The position numbers and the translations under genes were made by a program. From IMG/VR virus record IMGVR_UViG_3300049893_000724, positions 1-64,000 of that record: a stretch of DNA of 64,000 nucleotides; one strand, given 5' to 3'. The DNA comes from a virus. The notes beneath the pieces were generated by a model, which was not told where the DNA came from, did no database searches, and saw only the letters and a program-made list of their open reading frames with translations. The stretch's first letter is position 1. Every line of letters starts with the position of its first letter. This document shows, one piece after another, positions 1-9,614 of the stretch.

Positions 1-1018
1 CGCCACCTGCGACAATGATATATCTTCCTACTGTTGAATCATAGACTCCAGTGGCTCCACCGCCACCTCCTCCACCACCAGACCAACCAGACCCACCAGC
101 TCCGCCTCCTCGTCCCCCAGATGCAACATCACTGGATCCAGGTCCACCATAAGCAGAGAAATTTCCGCTTCCACCACCATTACCACTTCTACCAATTCTA
201 AAGGTTAAAGTTCTTCCTCCAGGAGTTAATATAAAACGTCCAGCCCTACCATTAGCACCATTTCCACCTGGGCCACCGGCATCGCTACCACCATTCCCAC
301 CTCTTGCTCCAGCAAGAGTAACTTCAATATCTGTGGAGTCGGTTGGTAAATCTATTGAAGAATCACTAGTATAAGTGACATCTACTCTTGTTGCTGACGT
401 AATAGTTGTGATGACTCCATCATCAACAGCAACTCCATCTAGATACCATTGATAGGTTGAACCTTGAGTGAAATAAGTATCAGTCAGTCCACCATCAATA
501 GTAAAGGTAGTGTTTGTATTTGTTGCTACCGTTCTATTTGATGGTTGAGCAACAATTTCTAAAAGTGGATCAACAGTTAATGTTGCAATACTAGAGTTTG
601 CAGGTTCCAAAATTGCATTACCTGTTGATCTAGCACTTCCTACTGTGACTGCAACACCAGGTAATCCATAAGCAGAAGGTACATAATCTGCAGTAAGATA
701 AAACTGTCTTTGATTATCTGTTGGAGTGATAAGTCTTGATAATGTAAGTGTAGTAGTAGCAGTTCCAGTGACATAAGTGCTATCACTTAATGCGCCTACT
801 CCAACTTCATACCAACGATATGCAATGGATCCCGTATTTGTTGCTGTGTTTGCTACCGATCCAACAGTGATGAATGATGCTGTTGCAATACCAGTAAAAG
901 TAGCAATTCCACTTCCAGTTCCAGAAATAACACCAGTGGAAGCAACTCCTACTGGTTGTGTTGTAAATGATAATATAGGACCGTTAAGATCAAGTTTGGT
1001 CTGCTGACTATTATTCAT
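1..1018 (-). CDS. Virion structural/fibre protein with Ig-like segments and a glycine-rich domain (runs off the window edge)
   Basis: ATG at 1018 just after the stop of the 1954-aa gene; reads MNNSQQTKLDLNGPILSFTTQPVGVAST...YQWYLDG...GARGGNGGSDAGGPGG...GGGGGGGATG with no stop before position 1. Confidence 0.75.
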   Translation of the reverse strand, partial: MNNSQQTKLDLNGPILSFTTQPVGVASTGVISGTGSGIATFTGIATASFITVGSVANTATNTGSIAYRWYEVGVGALSDSTYVTGTATTTLTLSRLITPTDNQRQFYLTADYVPSAYGLPGVAVTVGSARSTGNAILEPANSSIATLTVDPLLEIVAQPSNRTVATNTNTTFTIDGGLTDTYFTQGSTYQWYLDGVAVDDGVITTITSATRVDVTYTSDSSIDLPTDSTDIEVTLAGARGGNGGSDAGGPGGNGANGRAGRFILTPGGRTLTFRIGRSGNGGGSGNFSAYGGPGSSDVASGGRGGGAGGSGWSGGGGGGGGATGVYDSTVGRYIIVAGG

Positions 1019-1029
1019 AGTGCTCTACC

Positions 1030-4000
1030 TTAGTTAAAGTTTTGACCGACTACGACTCCATATAATCCAGAACTTGTAATATTTGTTCCATCAAAGGTCT
1101 TGAAGGAGTAAATATCAGTTCTATTCGCAACTGTTGTAACACCAGGTAATACACCACCTGCAGGCCAGTAAACTGGAATAGATATTCCACCAGAGTTCTT
1201 AAAGGTGTCAATACCAACGCTACGATTACCTGTAGAATCCTGATCAATTCTTAATGTGAACTGAGTTGAACCTGCAGGGGGATTGAGAACGATAAATTCG
1301 TTAATATTACCAGTTGCAGTGCAAATAAATGATTGTGCCTTGGATAAGTCTACAGTTGCGATACCAGCAGATACCGTGATGAAGTCTACGTTTTCACTAT
1401 AAGTCTTCAGTCTTGTATGACCTTCAATATCAAGTTTTGCTCTTGGAACTGATGTACCAATACCGACCAGACCACCAGTAGAAACAATTGCAGTTGAACT
1501 TGCACCAACATAAAGTGAAGTTGCAGTTACAACACCAGCAGTAATTCTACCTGATGAACTATTCAGATCATATGCACCTGTTGCAGTTAGAATTCCAGTT
1601 ACAAATACATTGTTTGCGGTGATAACCCCTACAAACTTTGCTTCACCATTGACATAGAGAGTTGTTGATGCAGTTCCAATTAGTCCAACTTCAAGATTAA
1701 ATCTAGGAACTGATGTACCAACTCCAACATTATTCAGTGTAGTGTTATAAATTCCACCAGTAATATTAGTCCAACCAGTTGCGCTTGCATTTAGAGATGT
1801 TAATGCACTACCATCACCAACGAAAGCAGTAGCATAACACGTACCAATGATATTTGTGCTACCATTGACGTGCAACTTAAAGTTGTTTGCTGTAGTTCCA
1901 ATACCTACACCACCATTTCCATCAACAGAGAACTGGGTTGTTCCAGAACCAACCAGAAGTTTTGCAGTTCCTGGCGAAGTGGTTGCAATTCCAACTTGAT
2001 CAAAAAGACCAATGTTGAGTGTCTTGGAAAGGCTAATAGGACCAAAACGATACCAATCATTGTTAGTGGTGTAAATCCAACCAACATAACCACCCGCAGT
2101 TGGGTTGTCTAGGTATACAATGTCTCCTGGGTTTCCTGCAAGTGCTGGTGTTGCAATACCAACAGTATACTTTCTAGAAACTGTCGAATCACCTTGTAAG
2201 AACAGGGAGAATGCTTCAATACCTTTTGTTGAGGTTGATGTGAGTTTGTTACTGAAAATAACAGGTCCATTAAATTCAGATGTTGCTTTACCATCACTCC
2301 CACCTTCAACACGAATTGAACGTCCAAAGGATCCTTCGATTGGATTAATAACATTCAGTCCTTGTTGTGCTCCAATGTCTTCTCCAGTGATGGTTTGAAT
2401 AGGGGTATCAAAGATTTCTTCCAATCCAGTGATGGAACTCATCTTCTTATTACCGGAGTATGAAATACCCTTATCATTCATACCAGTGTAGAAGTTGATA
2501 CCTCCATTCTTTCTGGTTGATTGTGCAAGAAGTTCTTCCTGAGCAGAGATTTGACGATCCTGCTTATCTGGGAATGCAGTTGAGTAATTACCAGGACCAA
2601 ATCCAACATATTCAAAGGTATGACCTGATGCACGAATAATGGAGTGTCTTCTTAATTCAACTGGTTTGACATCAATCTTTCTAACAACCGTTCCTGCAAT
2701 ATGAGTTGTTGCTTTAGAACCAAGAACACCACGAAATACGGTGATTGGGTTCGTAGCACCAGTGATGCTGCTTGTTGATGTGGTTGTCTTGATTCTCACA
2801 ATCTCATCATCAATCATCAAGTAATCACCAATGTTCACATCCAAGTTAGCAACTGATGTGATATTGATTTGATCAGTCGTTGCATTGATAACTGGACTTG
2901 CAAGTGTGGTAGTAATACCAGCATAAATCGTGGTCATTCTACCATTCAAGTTTTCATTATCAACTGTGATAACGCCATCATTTGAAGTTACACCTTCACG
3001 ATATGCAAAGAGTGTTCCAGTTGCTGATGGAGCATTTGTAGAAACTCCAACATTTATTTTAAATGAGGTGAGACTTACATTTTCAGTAACAACGAAGTCA
3101 CCAGTGTAGATACTTTGATTTGCACCAACGACACGAACCTTACTGTCTACCTTCAGTCCGTGATTGTTTGATGTAGTGACTGTTGCAATACCAGTTGTAT
3201 TATCATAACTAAAAGCATTGATACGAAGTGCTTCGCCAGTCAGATAGACATAAGCAGTTGCAGTGTCTGTTGCGCCAATACCAGTTGTATTACCTGTTCC
3301 TACGGTAGAAGTTGATGTAACAGTGAAACTCTTTGCTGCACCAACAGAAACATTCGTAATTCTGTAAACATTATTGTAAGATACATTGGTTTCTGATGAT
3401 ACGCCAGCAATTCTAACAACATCACCGACATTATTATAGATGCCAGATACAGTTACAACTGCTTGTGAATATCCCGTTGTTGTACCAACACCAACGACTG
3501 CAAGAGTATTGCCAATACCATAAGCAGATCCACCATCCATAATCTTTACATCAGTGATGGTTCCTGACCCATTCACTGTGATTTTTGCTGTTGCGTGTTG
3601 TCCAGTGGTTGAACCAGCAAATCCTACAAGTCTTGCATTATAGATATTGCCAGCAGTGCCTGAGCCATAACCAGCACCTGCAGTTGTAAGAGTTAGTCTG
3701 GTAATTCTATTCAGTCCATGATCAATGTTTGTATTAATCGTGTGTGCAATACCACTGGTACTGGAAATAATATCAGTAACACCAACACCAATATCAGTAT
3801 CTCTTAAAAACTTGGAGATTGTTTCTTTGGTGATGCTATTACGAACATCATTAACTACAACTTCACCAATCAGAGATGATGATGCAGAACAAATTGTTTC
3901 ATCTGGATCTGATTCTGGATTATCACGGTTAATTTGTGGGTAAAGTTCTTTAACTGGTTGAGAGAACTTTTCACTTGTAAATGGATTGATTGTTGGACTA

Positions 4001-6894
4001 TTTGAAGCATTTAGGATTGTGAGGTAGTAGATACCATCTTGCTGGCCTGCGACATATTTTTGTGCTTCTTGGTTTCTATAAACATAGTAAGTATCCTTGT
4101 ACTGCTTTCTCTTAAAGTATGGAAGAGAGGTTGTTCTAGCACTGGTATCATTTGTAAAGGTTCCGGGATCAGTGTTTAGTCCAACAGTAAATTCTTTTGC
4201 GCTACTTACACCAACGACAGTATAATTTCTATTGAAACCAGTATTTGCAACACCAGTTGTATTATTGGTACTCTTGATGTTAACTAGTTCAACTTGTGAT
4301 CCAACAGATAGATTATGCGGAAGTTCTGTTGTAATCTTTGCGGTGTTTGATGACCACTGTGCGTTTGCAACAAACCTAAAGTTTCTCTGTTGGTTTACAC
4401 TACTGAGAGACCCACTTCCAAAGTAAGTTTGAATTTCTCCATCCGTTGATCCAATTGAAGTGTTGGACTCTTGCAGAATAAATGCATCAACTGGAGGTCT
4501 TGCAACTACAGATCCAGTGTTTTTTGGAATAACATATCTAATTCTGTAGAGAGTATCAGTCGATGTGCGATTATCTGGTCTACGCTTGATGTATGTTCTA
4601 GGAGTCGCTGCGCCAAGAGCAGTAGAACCAAGTCCTACAACAGTTGAATAGATGGTATTATCTGTTGCAGCAGTTGATACCTTAATATACCACTGACTGT
4701 TAGTGCTATCGTATTGAACAGGGTGGCCAATATCACCGGAGTTTTTATCAGCAACACGACTTACAACTGACAAAACTCCACCTTTATCGTTAATGGTAAT
4801 TGCATTAGTGGAAACTGTTGAGTCACTTTCAGTCTTTGCAAGTTTCAGTTGACTTGAAGTGAGTGTACCATCAACGGTGTTGGTAATTGCATAATATACT
4901 ATATTTGGAGATAATCCATCAGGTAACTGTCCATTATCACTGAGTACCCGAACAGATTCGCCGCTGAAAAATGTATGAGCACTGGTAAGGTTGAGTGTAT
5001 TGCTGTTTGATACACTATTCGCAGTTCCAACACGACCAACAATGAACTTCTTCTCAGAGCTGGACTGTGATCCAGGCATTACAATACGAGCACTGTATTC
5101 TGATACAGACCCACCAGAAGAAACAAGAACTTTCAGCGTATCATTCTCTCTTGCACCAATACGATATCCTTCCAGTACATTCTCTGGTGGAATGTCTGAG
5201 TTTGTTTGATTATAGAGATAAAGATGTCCAGTTGATGCAACACCAACGGTTTTGTTTACATCAATTGCATTAAATTCAATTGCAGTTTCAGTAAGAGGTA
5301 ATTCCTTAGGTGGAATAATGTGAGTGATATATCCTAGATCATCTTGAGGAAATGCATCTTTACGGAAACCTGTTGCAACCAGTGCTTTTGCACCAAAGTT
5401 GGAGTTGGAGTTTGTAACAGACTGATCGCCACCACTATCGGTTGAGAAATGTTCTGCATAACCGATAGCAAAAATTGAAACGTTCTGAATAAACGCTTCA
5501 TTAATTGTCTTAATATGGAAGTTACGATAAGTTGGTTTAAAAATTGCTCTAGAATTATTGCTTATTGTTTCATTTCCAGGTTTTGTGTTATCATCGTATT
5601 CGCCTGTTGCTGAGTTATAAACAACAAATGCCTTGTCATCTTTTTGAAGACCGATACCCGTAAATTGGGCAATAACCATAGACTTAAATCCACTGGCCTT
5701 ATCACCATCAGCAAGAACGCCACACATACCAAATACGGAGCGCAGTGAGATGTTGAAGATGTATGGCGATGCTGACGTAACTGTATCTGATGAGAGTGTT
5801 AATGATGCACTAGTAACGCTTGGAAGTGCAACTGTTGGGGTGTTTTGAACTTGATACTTGAAGTTTGTATCATCAACTCTTTCAGTAACAACAAACTGAC
5901 CATTGTAAGTAGACTCTGATACATTACGGATACGGAATGCAGTATCAACATCTAAACCACTGACTGTGGATGCAGTAGTAACAGTAATGGTTGTTGTTGC
6001 AGTGACACCATCGCCAGATCTGATACTGGTGATTCCTACTTCACCTCCAGTAGGACCAACAATACGATATTCATCAATCTTTGCCTGAATGTCTAAACCA
6101 GAGCTTGGATAGTCTGGTTCAATCGCACGGCCAGAAGATTGTCCATAAGCAAGACCAACCTTCTCATAATACATATCCAGATCAGTACGATCTGTTGAAT
6201 AGTTAGTGATAAATGCATCATTGATGAAGACATCATTTACTCCATCAGCATATTCAAAGCAAGTCAGTTTATGATGAGAAAAGTTAGGAACAAATAGATT
6301 TGAAGTATAATCAATATAGCACTGACCATTTGGATCAGCATCAAACATAGAAAACTGCCAGAAGTAGCACCCACCAGTTACACGGAAAATTGTAGATCTA
6401 GCGATATTATCATTTGTTGGATCTGGAACATACTTCGGACGAATCTTTGTTTTGCGAAGATCCAGACCAACGATTGAAGTACCACGAGGAACAATGACCC
6501 CACCGTGAATACTGTTTAGCTTATAGAGAGCATTATTTGAAGTCGTTAAATCAAAGTTACTTGTTAAATCAAAAGCAGGAAAATCGTTTGATGTAGTTCC
6601 ATTTCTTAATTTAAAATTACTTAAACCGTCAGGAATCCATCCAGGACGGTTATCAACTAGGTGATCCCCAGGATAAAGAAGAATGGTAGTCTTTCCAAAT
6701 CTATCATTATTCAGCCCTCTTTGATATGAAAATCTAGATGCCTCTATCAGTGCTCTCTGAATCGTTTTGAAAGGACGTGTCAGTGAGTTACCTTGGTTTT
6801 CAATAGAGTCTGTTGCATCAAGAGAGTTTGGATCAACGTAGATGATTGTACCACGAACTGATTTCAGAAAATTATCTAATCTGGAGAGACCCAT
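1030..6894 (-). CDS. Large (1954 aa) cyanomyovirus virion structural/tail-fibre-associated protein
   Basis: N-terminus MGLSRLDNFLKSVRGTIIYVDPNSLDATDSIENQGNSLTRPFKTIQRAL typical of cyanophage structural proteins; VGIGT-type repeats; C-terminal fibre module ending YGVVVGQNFN; late promoter upstream. Confidence 0.8.
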   Translation of the reverse strand: MGLSRLDNFLKSVRGTIIYVDPNSLDATDSIENQGNSLTRPFKTIQRALIEASRFSYQRGLNNDRFGKTTILLYPGDHLVDNRPGWIPDGLSNFKLRNGTTSNDFPAFDLTSNFDLTTSNNALYKLNSIHGGVIVPRGTSIVGLDLRKTKIRPKYVPDPTNDNIARSTIFRVTGGCYFWQFSMFDADPNGQCYIDYTSNLFVPNFSHHKLTCFEYADGVNDVFINDAFITNYSTDRTDLDMYYEKVGLAYGQSSGRAIEPDYPSSGLDIQAKIDEYRIVGPTGGEVGITSIRSGDGVTATTTITVTTASTVSGLDVDTAFRIRNVSESTYNGQFVVTERVDDTNFKYQVQNTPTVALPSVTSASLTLSSDTVTSASPYIFNISLRSVFGMCGVLADGDKASGFKSMVIAQFTGIGLQKDDKAFVVYNSATGEYDDNTKPGNETISNNSRAIFKPTYRNFHIKTINEAFIQNVSIFAIGYAEHFSTDSGGDQSVTNSNSNFGAKALVATGFRKDAFPQDDLGYITHIIPPKELPLTETAIEFNAIDVNKTVGVASTGHLYLYNQTNSDIPPENVLEGYRIGARENDTLKVLVSSGGSVSEYSARIVMPGSQSSSEKKFIVGRVGTANSVSNSNTLNLTSAHTFFSGESVRVLSDNGQLPDGLSPNIVYYAITNTVDGTLTSSQLKLAKTESDSTVSTNAITINDKGGVLSVVSRVADKNSGDIGHPVQYDSTNSQWYIKVSTAATDNTIYSTVVGLGSTALGAATPRTYIKRRPDNRTSTDTLYRIRYVIPKNTGSVVARPPVDAFILQESNTSIGSTDGEIQTYFGSGSLSSVNQQRNFRFVANAQWSSNTAKITTELPHNLSVGSQVELVNIKSTNNTTGVANTGFNRNYTVVGVSSAKEFTVGLNTDPGTFTNDTSARTTSLPYFKRKQYKDTYYVYRNQEAQKYVAGQQDGIYYLTILNASNSPTINPFTSEKFSQPVKELYPQINRDNPESDPDETICSASSSLIGEVVVNDVRNSITKETISKFLRDTDIGVGVTDIISSTSGIAHTINTNIDHGLNRITRLTLTTAGAGYGSGTAGNIYNARLVGFAGSTTGQHATAKITVNGSGTITDVKIMDGGSAYGIGNTLAVVGVGTTTGYSQAVVTVSGIYNNVGDVVRIAGVSSETNVSYNNVYRITNVSVGAAKSFTVTSTSTVGTGNTTGIGATDTATAYVYLTGEALRINAFSYDNTTGIATVTTSNNHGLKVDSKVRVVGANQSIYTGDFVVTENVSLTSFKINVGVSTNAPSATGTLFAYREGVTSNDGVITVDNENLNGRMTTIYAGITTTLASPVINATTDQINITSVANLDVNIGDYLMIDDEIVRIKTTTSTSSITGATNPITVFRGVLGSKATTHIAGTVVRKIDVKPVELRRHSIIRASGHTFEYVGFGPGNYSTAFPDKQDRQISAQEELLAQSTRKNGGINFYTGMNDKGISYSGNKKMSSITGLEEIFDTPIQTITGEDIGAQQGLNVINPIEGSFGRSIRVEGGSDGKATSEFNGPVIFSNKLTSTSTKGIEAFSLFLQGDSTVSRKYTVGIATPALAGNPGDIVYLDNPTAGGYVGWIYTTNNDWYRFGPISLSKTLNIGLFDQVGIATTSPGTAKLLVGSGTTQFSVDGNGGVGIGTTANNFKLHVNGSTNIIGTCYATAFVGDGSALTSLNASATGWTNITGGIYNTTLNNVGVGTSVPRFNLEVGLIGTASTTLYVNGEAKFVGVITANNVFVTGILTATGAYDLNSSSGRITAGVVTATSLYVGASSTAIVSTGGLVGIGTSVPRAKLDIEGHTRLKTYSENVDFITVSAGIATVDLSKAQSFICTATGNINEFIVLNPPAGSTQFTLRIDQDSTGNRSVGIDTFKNSGGISIPVYWPAGGVLPGVTTVANRTDIYSFKTFDGTNITSSGLYGVVVGQNFN

Positions 6895-6925
6895 CTTATT
6901 AGTGCTTATAGTTTCCGTTATGGAT

Positions 6926-6932
6926 TATTTAT
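6926..6932 (-). promoter_or_regulatory. T4-type late promoter (ATAAATA)
   Basis: ATAAATA on minus strand about 30 nt upstream of the 1954-aa gene. Confidence 0.7.
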
Positions 6933-6940
6933 CATACAAC

Positions 6941-6962
6941 AAAACCCCCCGAAGGAGGTTTT
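6941..6962 (-). terminator. Rho-independent terminator with UUCG loop
   Basis: Minus strand AAAACCUCC-UUCG-GGGGGUUUU followed by UGUUG. Confidence 0.75.
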
Positions 6963-7006
6963 GAAGCACACGGAAGGGGTTTGGTTTGAGTATCGCCTTC
7001 TTTATT

Positions 7007-7615
7007 TTACCACGATTGTTCTTCCCACGTCAACCTTTTTTTCAACTCTTTATCAAACACCATCAAATATCTATGCTTTCTACTTCGGTCCTTCCATTCA
7101 CCATCTTCACCCTTTATTTTTCCACGAGAGTGTTTAGTTCCGTCTGAATAGTAGAAATCTTTTTTTCTATCCGTGAGACCGTAATATTTAAAGTTGCAAG
7201 CACGATAGATTGTACCAGAATGGAAATCGTTATCAGCATAAGAGAGGATTGCTTTAACTTCAGTATCTCTCCGAAGTTGTCTAATCGCTTTTGAAACAAA
7301 CCAAGAAGTGATGTTATATTCACTAGATTGTGTATCAGGTCTGATGCATAATCTGGAGAGTTCGAATAGTCCTTGTTGTTCGTGTCTTTCAAGTTCAAAT
7401 GCTCCTTTCGCAATTTCAGGTACAGGTAATCCAGTAAAAATACAAACTCCTAAAACACCACCAATATTCAGTGGAGAGAAGTCATTGTGTTTGAATAATC
7501 CATAATTATAACCAGACTTAAATCCTTTTGATAAGTCTTTTAGGTAATGATATTGAAGTAGAAGGTCTTCTGCTTGTTTTTTAGAAACTTTATCAATATA
7601 AAAATCAGACTTCAC
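7007..7615 (-). CDS. Mom-like GNAT-fold DNA modification protein
   Basis: Motifs FELSRLC, SWFVSKAIRQL, ILSYAD..H.GTIYRACNFKYYG resemble the phage Mu Mom family; GTG start. Confidence 0.65.
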   Translation of the reverse strand: MKSDFYIDKVSKKQAEDLLLQYHYLKDLSKGFKSGYNYGLFKHNDFSPLNIGGVLGVCIFTGLPVPEIAKGAFELERHEQQGLFELSRLCIRPDTQSSEYNITSWFVSKAIRQLRRDTEVKAILSYADNDFHSGTIYRACNFKYYGLTDRKKDFYYSDGTKHSRGKIKGEDGEWKDRSRKHRYLMVFDKELKKRLTWEEQSW

Positions 7616-7775
7616 CTTTACTCAACATATATTCTACAGTATTTGCTACGTCATTCATAGCATCACGAAGATTTGGTTGCTGTCCTGATTCTTGCCTAAC
7701 AACAGGACGCACATCATCACACAAAGTCCATCGCCACTGCCCCATATCTTTACACCACCAAAGATTAATTTTCAT
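7605..7775 (-). CDS. Hypothetical protein (56 aa)
   Basis: Manually translated MKINLWWCKDMGQWRWTL...EYMLSKGEV; packs between neighbours. Confidence 0.6.
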   Translation of the reverse strand: MKINLWWCKDMGQWRWTLCDDVRPVVRQESGQQPNLRDAMNDVANTVEYMLSKGEV

Positions 7776-7923
7776 TTTTGAAATACTCCAATTTTACCCA
7801 ATTAAGAAGAGTGTTATAAGAATAAATTGCTGCTTCATTGCAGTTATTCTTTTTCATATCCTCAATATAAAATTCTAGTGCTTCTATCACCATTTGGCGA
7901 TCTTTTTGTGATATTAATGACAT
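7765..7923 (-). CDS. Hypothetical protein (52 aa)
   Basis: Manually translated MSLISQKDRQMVIEALEFYIEDMKK...EYFKNEN; overlaps next start. Confidence 0.6.
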   Translation of the reverse strand: MSLISQKDRQMVIEALEFYIEDMKKNNCNEAAIYSYNTLLNWVKLEYFKNEN

Positions 7924-7942
7924 TTTGGAGTATTAGAACTCA

Positions 7943-8014
7943 AGCCCCCGATCCGATTTGAACGGACGACCGACGGTTTACAAAACCGTTGCTCTACCAC
8001 TGAGCTACAAGGGC
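7943..8014 (-). tRNA. tRNA-Thr(UGU)
   Basis: GCCCTTGTAGCTCAGTGGTAGAGCAACGGTTTTGTAAACCGTCGGTCGTCCGTTCAAATCGGATCGGGGGCT folds as a cloverleaf, anticodon TGT, no encoded CCA. Confidence 0.95.
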
Positions 8015-8015
8015 A

Positions 8016-8285
8016 TTAATCTTGAGGTAGCATTTCTGGATTTTCCAGTTCAACGTCGAACATAAGAGGATGACACTGTTCATCAATCAAATAGAATGAT
8101 GTTCTGTATAAATCTTCTGGTTCGTATCTACGTTCTTTATCTGCTGCTTCAAGTAGTTCCAAATCGTACAAATGACTTTCTGGAACGTCATCAAAAGTGA
8201 ATGGAACGCCTTCTATAAAATACATTAGAACAAGTTCTGTTCCCTTATTGTACCAAACATATCTGGCATCAATGCGGTATTTCAT
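8016..8285 (-). CDS. Hypothetical cyanophage protein (89 aa)
   Basis: Acidic ORF between the two tRNAs; AGGA-type SD region upstream. Confidence 0.7.
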   Translation of the reverse strand: MKYRIDARYVWYNKGTELVLMYFIEGVPFTFDDVPESHLYDLELLEAADKERRYEPEDLYRTSFYLIDEQCHPLMFDVELENPEMLPQD

Positions 8286-8333
8286 AGGACATTTCCTACT
8301 TTTGATTATTTAGAGGTTGATTAAAACCCCTAA

Positions 8334-8417
8334 TAGGGCGAGGGGGACTTGAACCCCCACGGGATTACTCCCAACAGATTTTAAGTCTGGTGTGTCTACC
8401 ACTTCCACCACCGCCCC
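8334..8417 (-). tRNA. tRNA-Leu(UAA)
   Basis: GGGGCGGTGGTGGAAGTGGTAGACACACCAGACTTAAAATCTGTTGGGAGTAATCCCGTGGGGGTTCAAGTCCCCCTCGCCCTA; long variable arm, anticodon TAA. Confidence 0.95.
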
Positions 8418-8423
8418 AAAAAA

Positions 8424-8630
8424 TCACGCTTGATACGTGATAGGATTATACTTGAGATATTCCCAAAATGTCAATTTCATCTCTTTTTGTGACATTCCAC
8501 AATGTTTTGCTGCTTGAGGCAAATTCCACTTTGCAGAGAAAAGTGCTTCATTTGCCTCTTTTACGTTTTCTGGAGTGGTTTTGACTGGATCGTCCTTAAG
8601 GGTTTTATATGAGATTTTGTATAAATTCAT
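8424..8630 (-). CDS. Hypothetical protein, possible HTH-like DNA-binding protein
   Basis: NLPQAAKHCGMSQKEMK resembles a helix-turn-helix. Confidence 0.6.
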   Translation of the reverse strand: MNLYKISYKTLKDDPVKTTPENVKEANEALFSAKWNLPQAAKHCGMSQKEMKLTFWEYLKYNPITYQA

Positions 8631-8692
8631 ACTTTTGAAAAAGTATCGCGTGAGAAAATTTTGCCGGGATTTTTTCCCCCAGAAAATGAAAC

Positions 8693-8875
8693 TTAAAGTG
8701 GATTTGCGTATGAGAGAGTGCTTTCATCCACGGTAGCACGAACGAACTCTAGCACATTCATAAACTCTTCAACCGTATCACACGACACTTGCTTCTCTGC
8801 ACCTTCATTAGAATACAAATACACGGTTCGCTTCACAGGATCAACCACGCAGCGTGTCAGGTACTCATCTTGCAT
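8693..8875 (-). CDS. Hypothetical cyanophage protein (60 aa)
   Basis: ORF directly downstream of a sigma70-like promoter. Confidence 0.7.
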   Translation of the reverse strand: MQDEYLTRCVVDPVKRTVYLYSNEGAEKQVSCDTVEEFMNVLEFVRATVDESTLSYANPL

Positions 8876-8900
8876 TGGTTCGTTTGTTGATTACTGGTCT

Positions 8901-8929
8901 AGTATAGCAGGATCAAACACCCAAGTCAA
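8901..8929 (-). promoter_or_regulatory. Host sigma70-type promoter
   Basis: TTGACT-N17-TATACT. Confidence 0.7.
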
Positions 8930-9612
8930 GTCCCAAGTTCTTTAATACCAATAAAGTCTTGTCCCGGATAATCCTGTAATGTTTCGCCTTCATATTCAAC
9001 GATAAGTTTTTCTAAATCTTTTCTTTCTGCATACACGGTATAGTAACAATTGATTGCGCCACCTTCTCTATTTTTTACGATGATATTTTTACCCCATTCA
9101 ATTTTTTCTACAAATAGTTCTTGATATAATCCTATCGAAGTTAAATTCACTGTGATTGTTTCTGGATTAATCAATTCTTCCCAATAATCAGGCAGTTGAA
9201 TAACATTAGTATTTTCTAACTTCCCTCTAAAATATACAGCGATCTCTGGTCCTTCTAAAGAAACGTGTCTTAAACGATGATTTTCTTTAGATGGATGCTT
9301 AATATCAAATGGTTTTGCAGGCAATGCTCTTGCGGTTGCTAACTGTCCATCCAACCAAGTGCTAATTATAGTGCCATTAATTGTAATATTTTGAGTAACT
9401 GTAAAATTATCAATTTTTCCATTACTATGATAATAAGGAGTACAAGCGTCGCTAGGATAACGACTTTGATCCATATTACCATACCAAATATATTCGGGAG
9501 AAGTCATTGCCGTTCCCCATCCACCTGCTGCTACATCACAGTTCTTACCTGATGCAGATGGTACAAATTCACCTGGGAATGATGCGTTTTCTGGTTGTCC
9601 GGGTGCGGGCAT
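8926..9612 (-). CDS. Baseplate/spike-associated protein, paralogue of the upstream gene
   Basis: C-terminal domain FDIKHPSKENHRLRHVSLEGPEIAVYFRGKL shared with 9615-10409; ATG at 9612 preferred over TTG at 9618. Confidence 0.65.
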   Translation of the reverse strand: MPAPGQPENASFPGEFVPSASGKNCDVAAGGWGTAMTSPEYIWYGNMDQSRYPSDACTPYYHSNGKIDNFTVTQNITINGTIISTWLDGQLATARALPAKPFDIKHPSKENHRLRHVSLEGPEIAVYFRGKLENTNVIQLPDYWEELINPETITVNLTSIGLYQELFVEKIEWGKNIIVKNREGGAINCYYTVYAERKDLEKLIVEYEGETLQDYPGQDFIGIKELGT

Positions 9613-9614
9613 TT

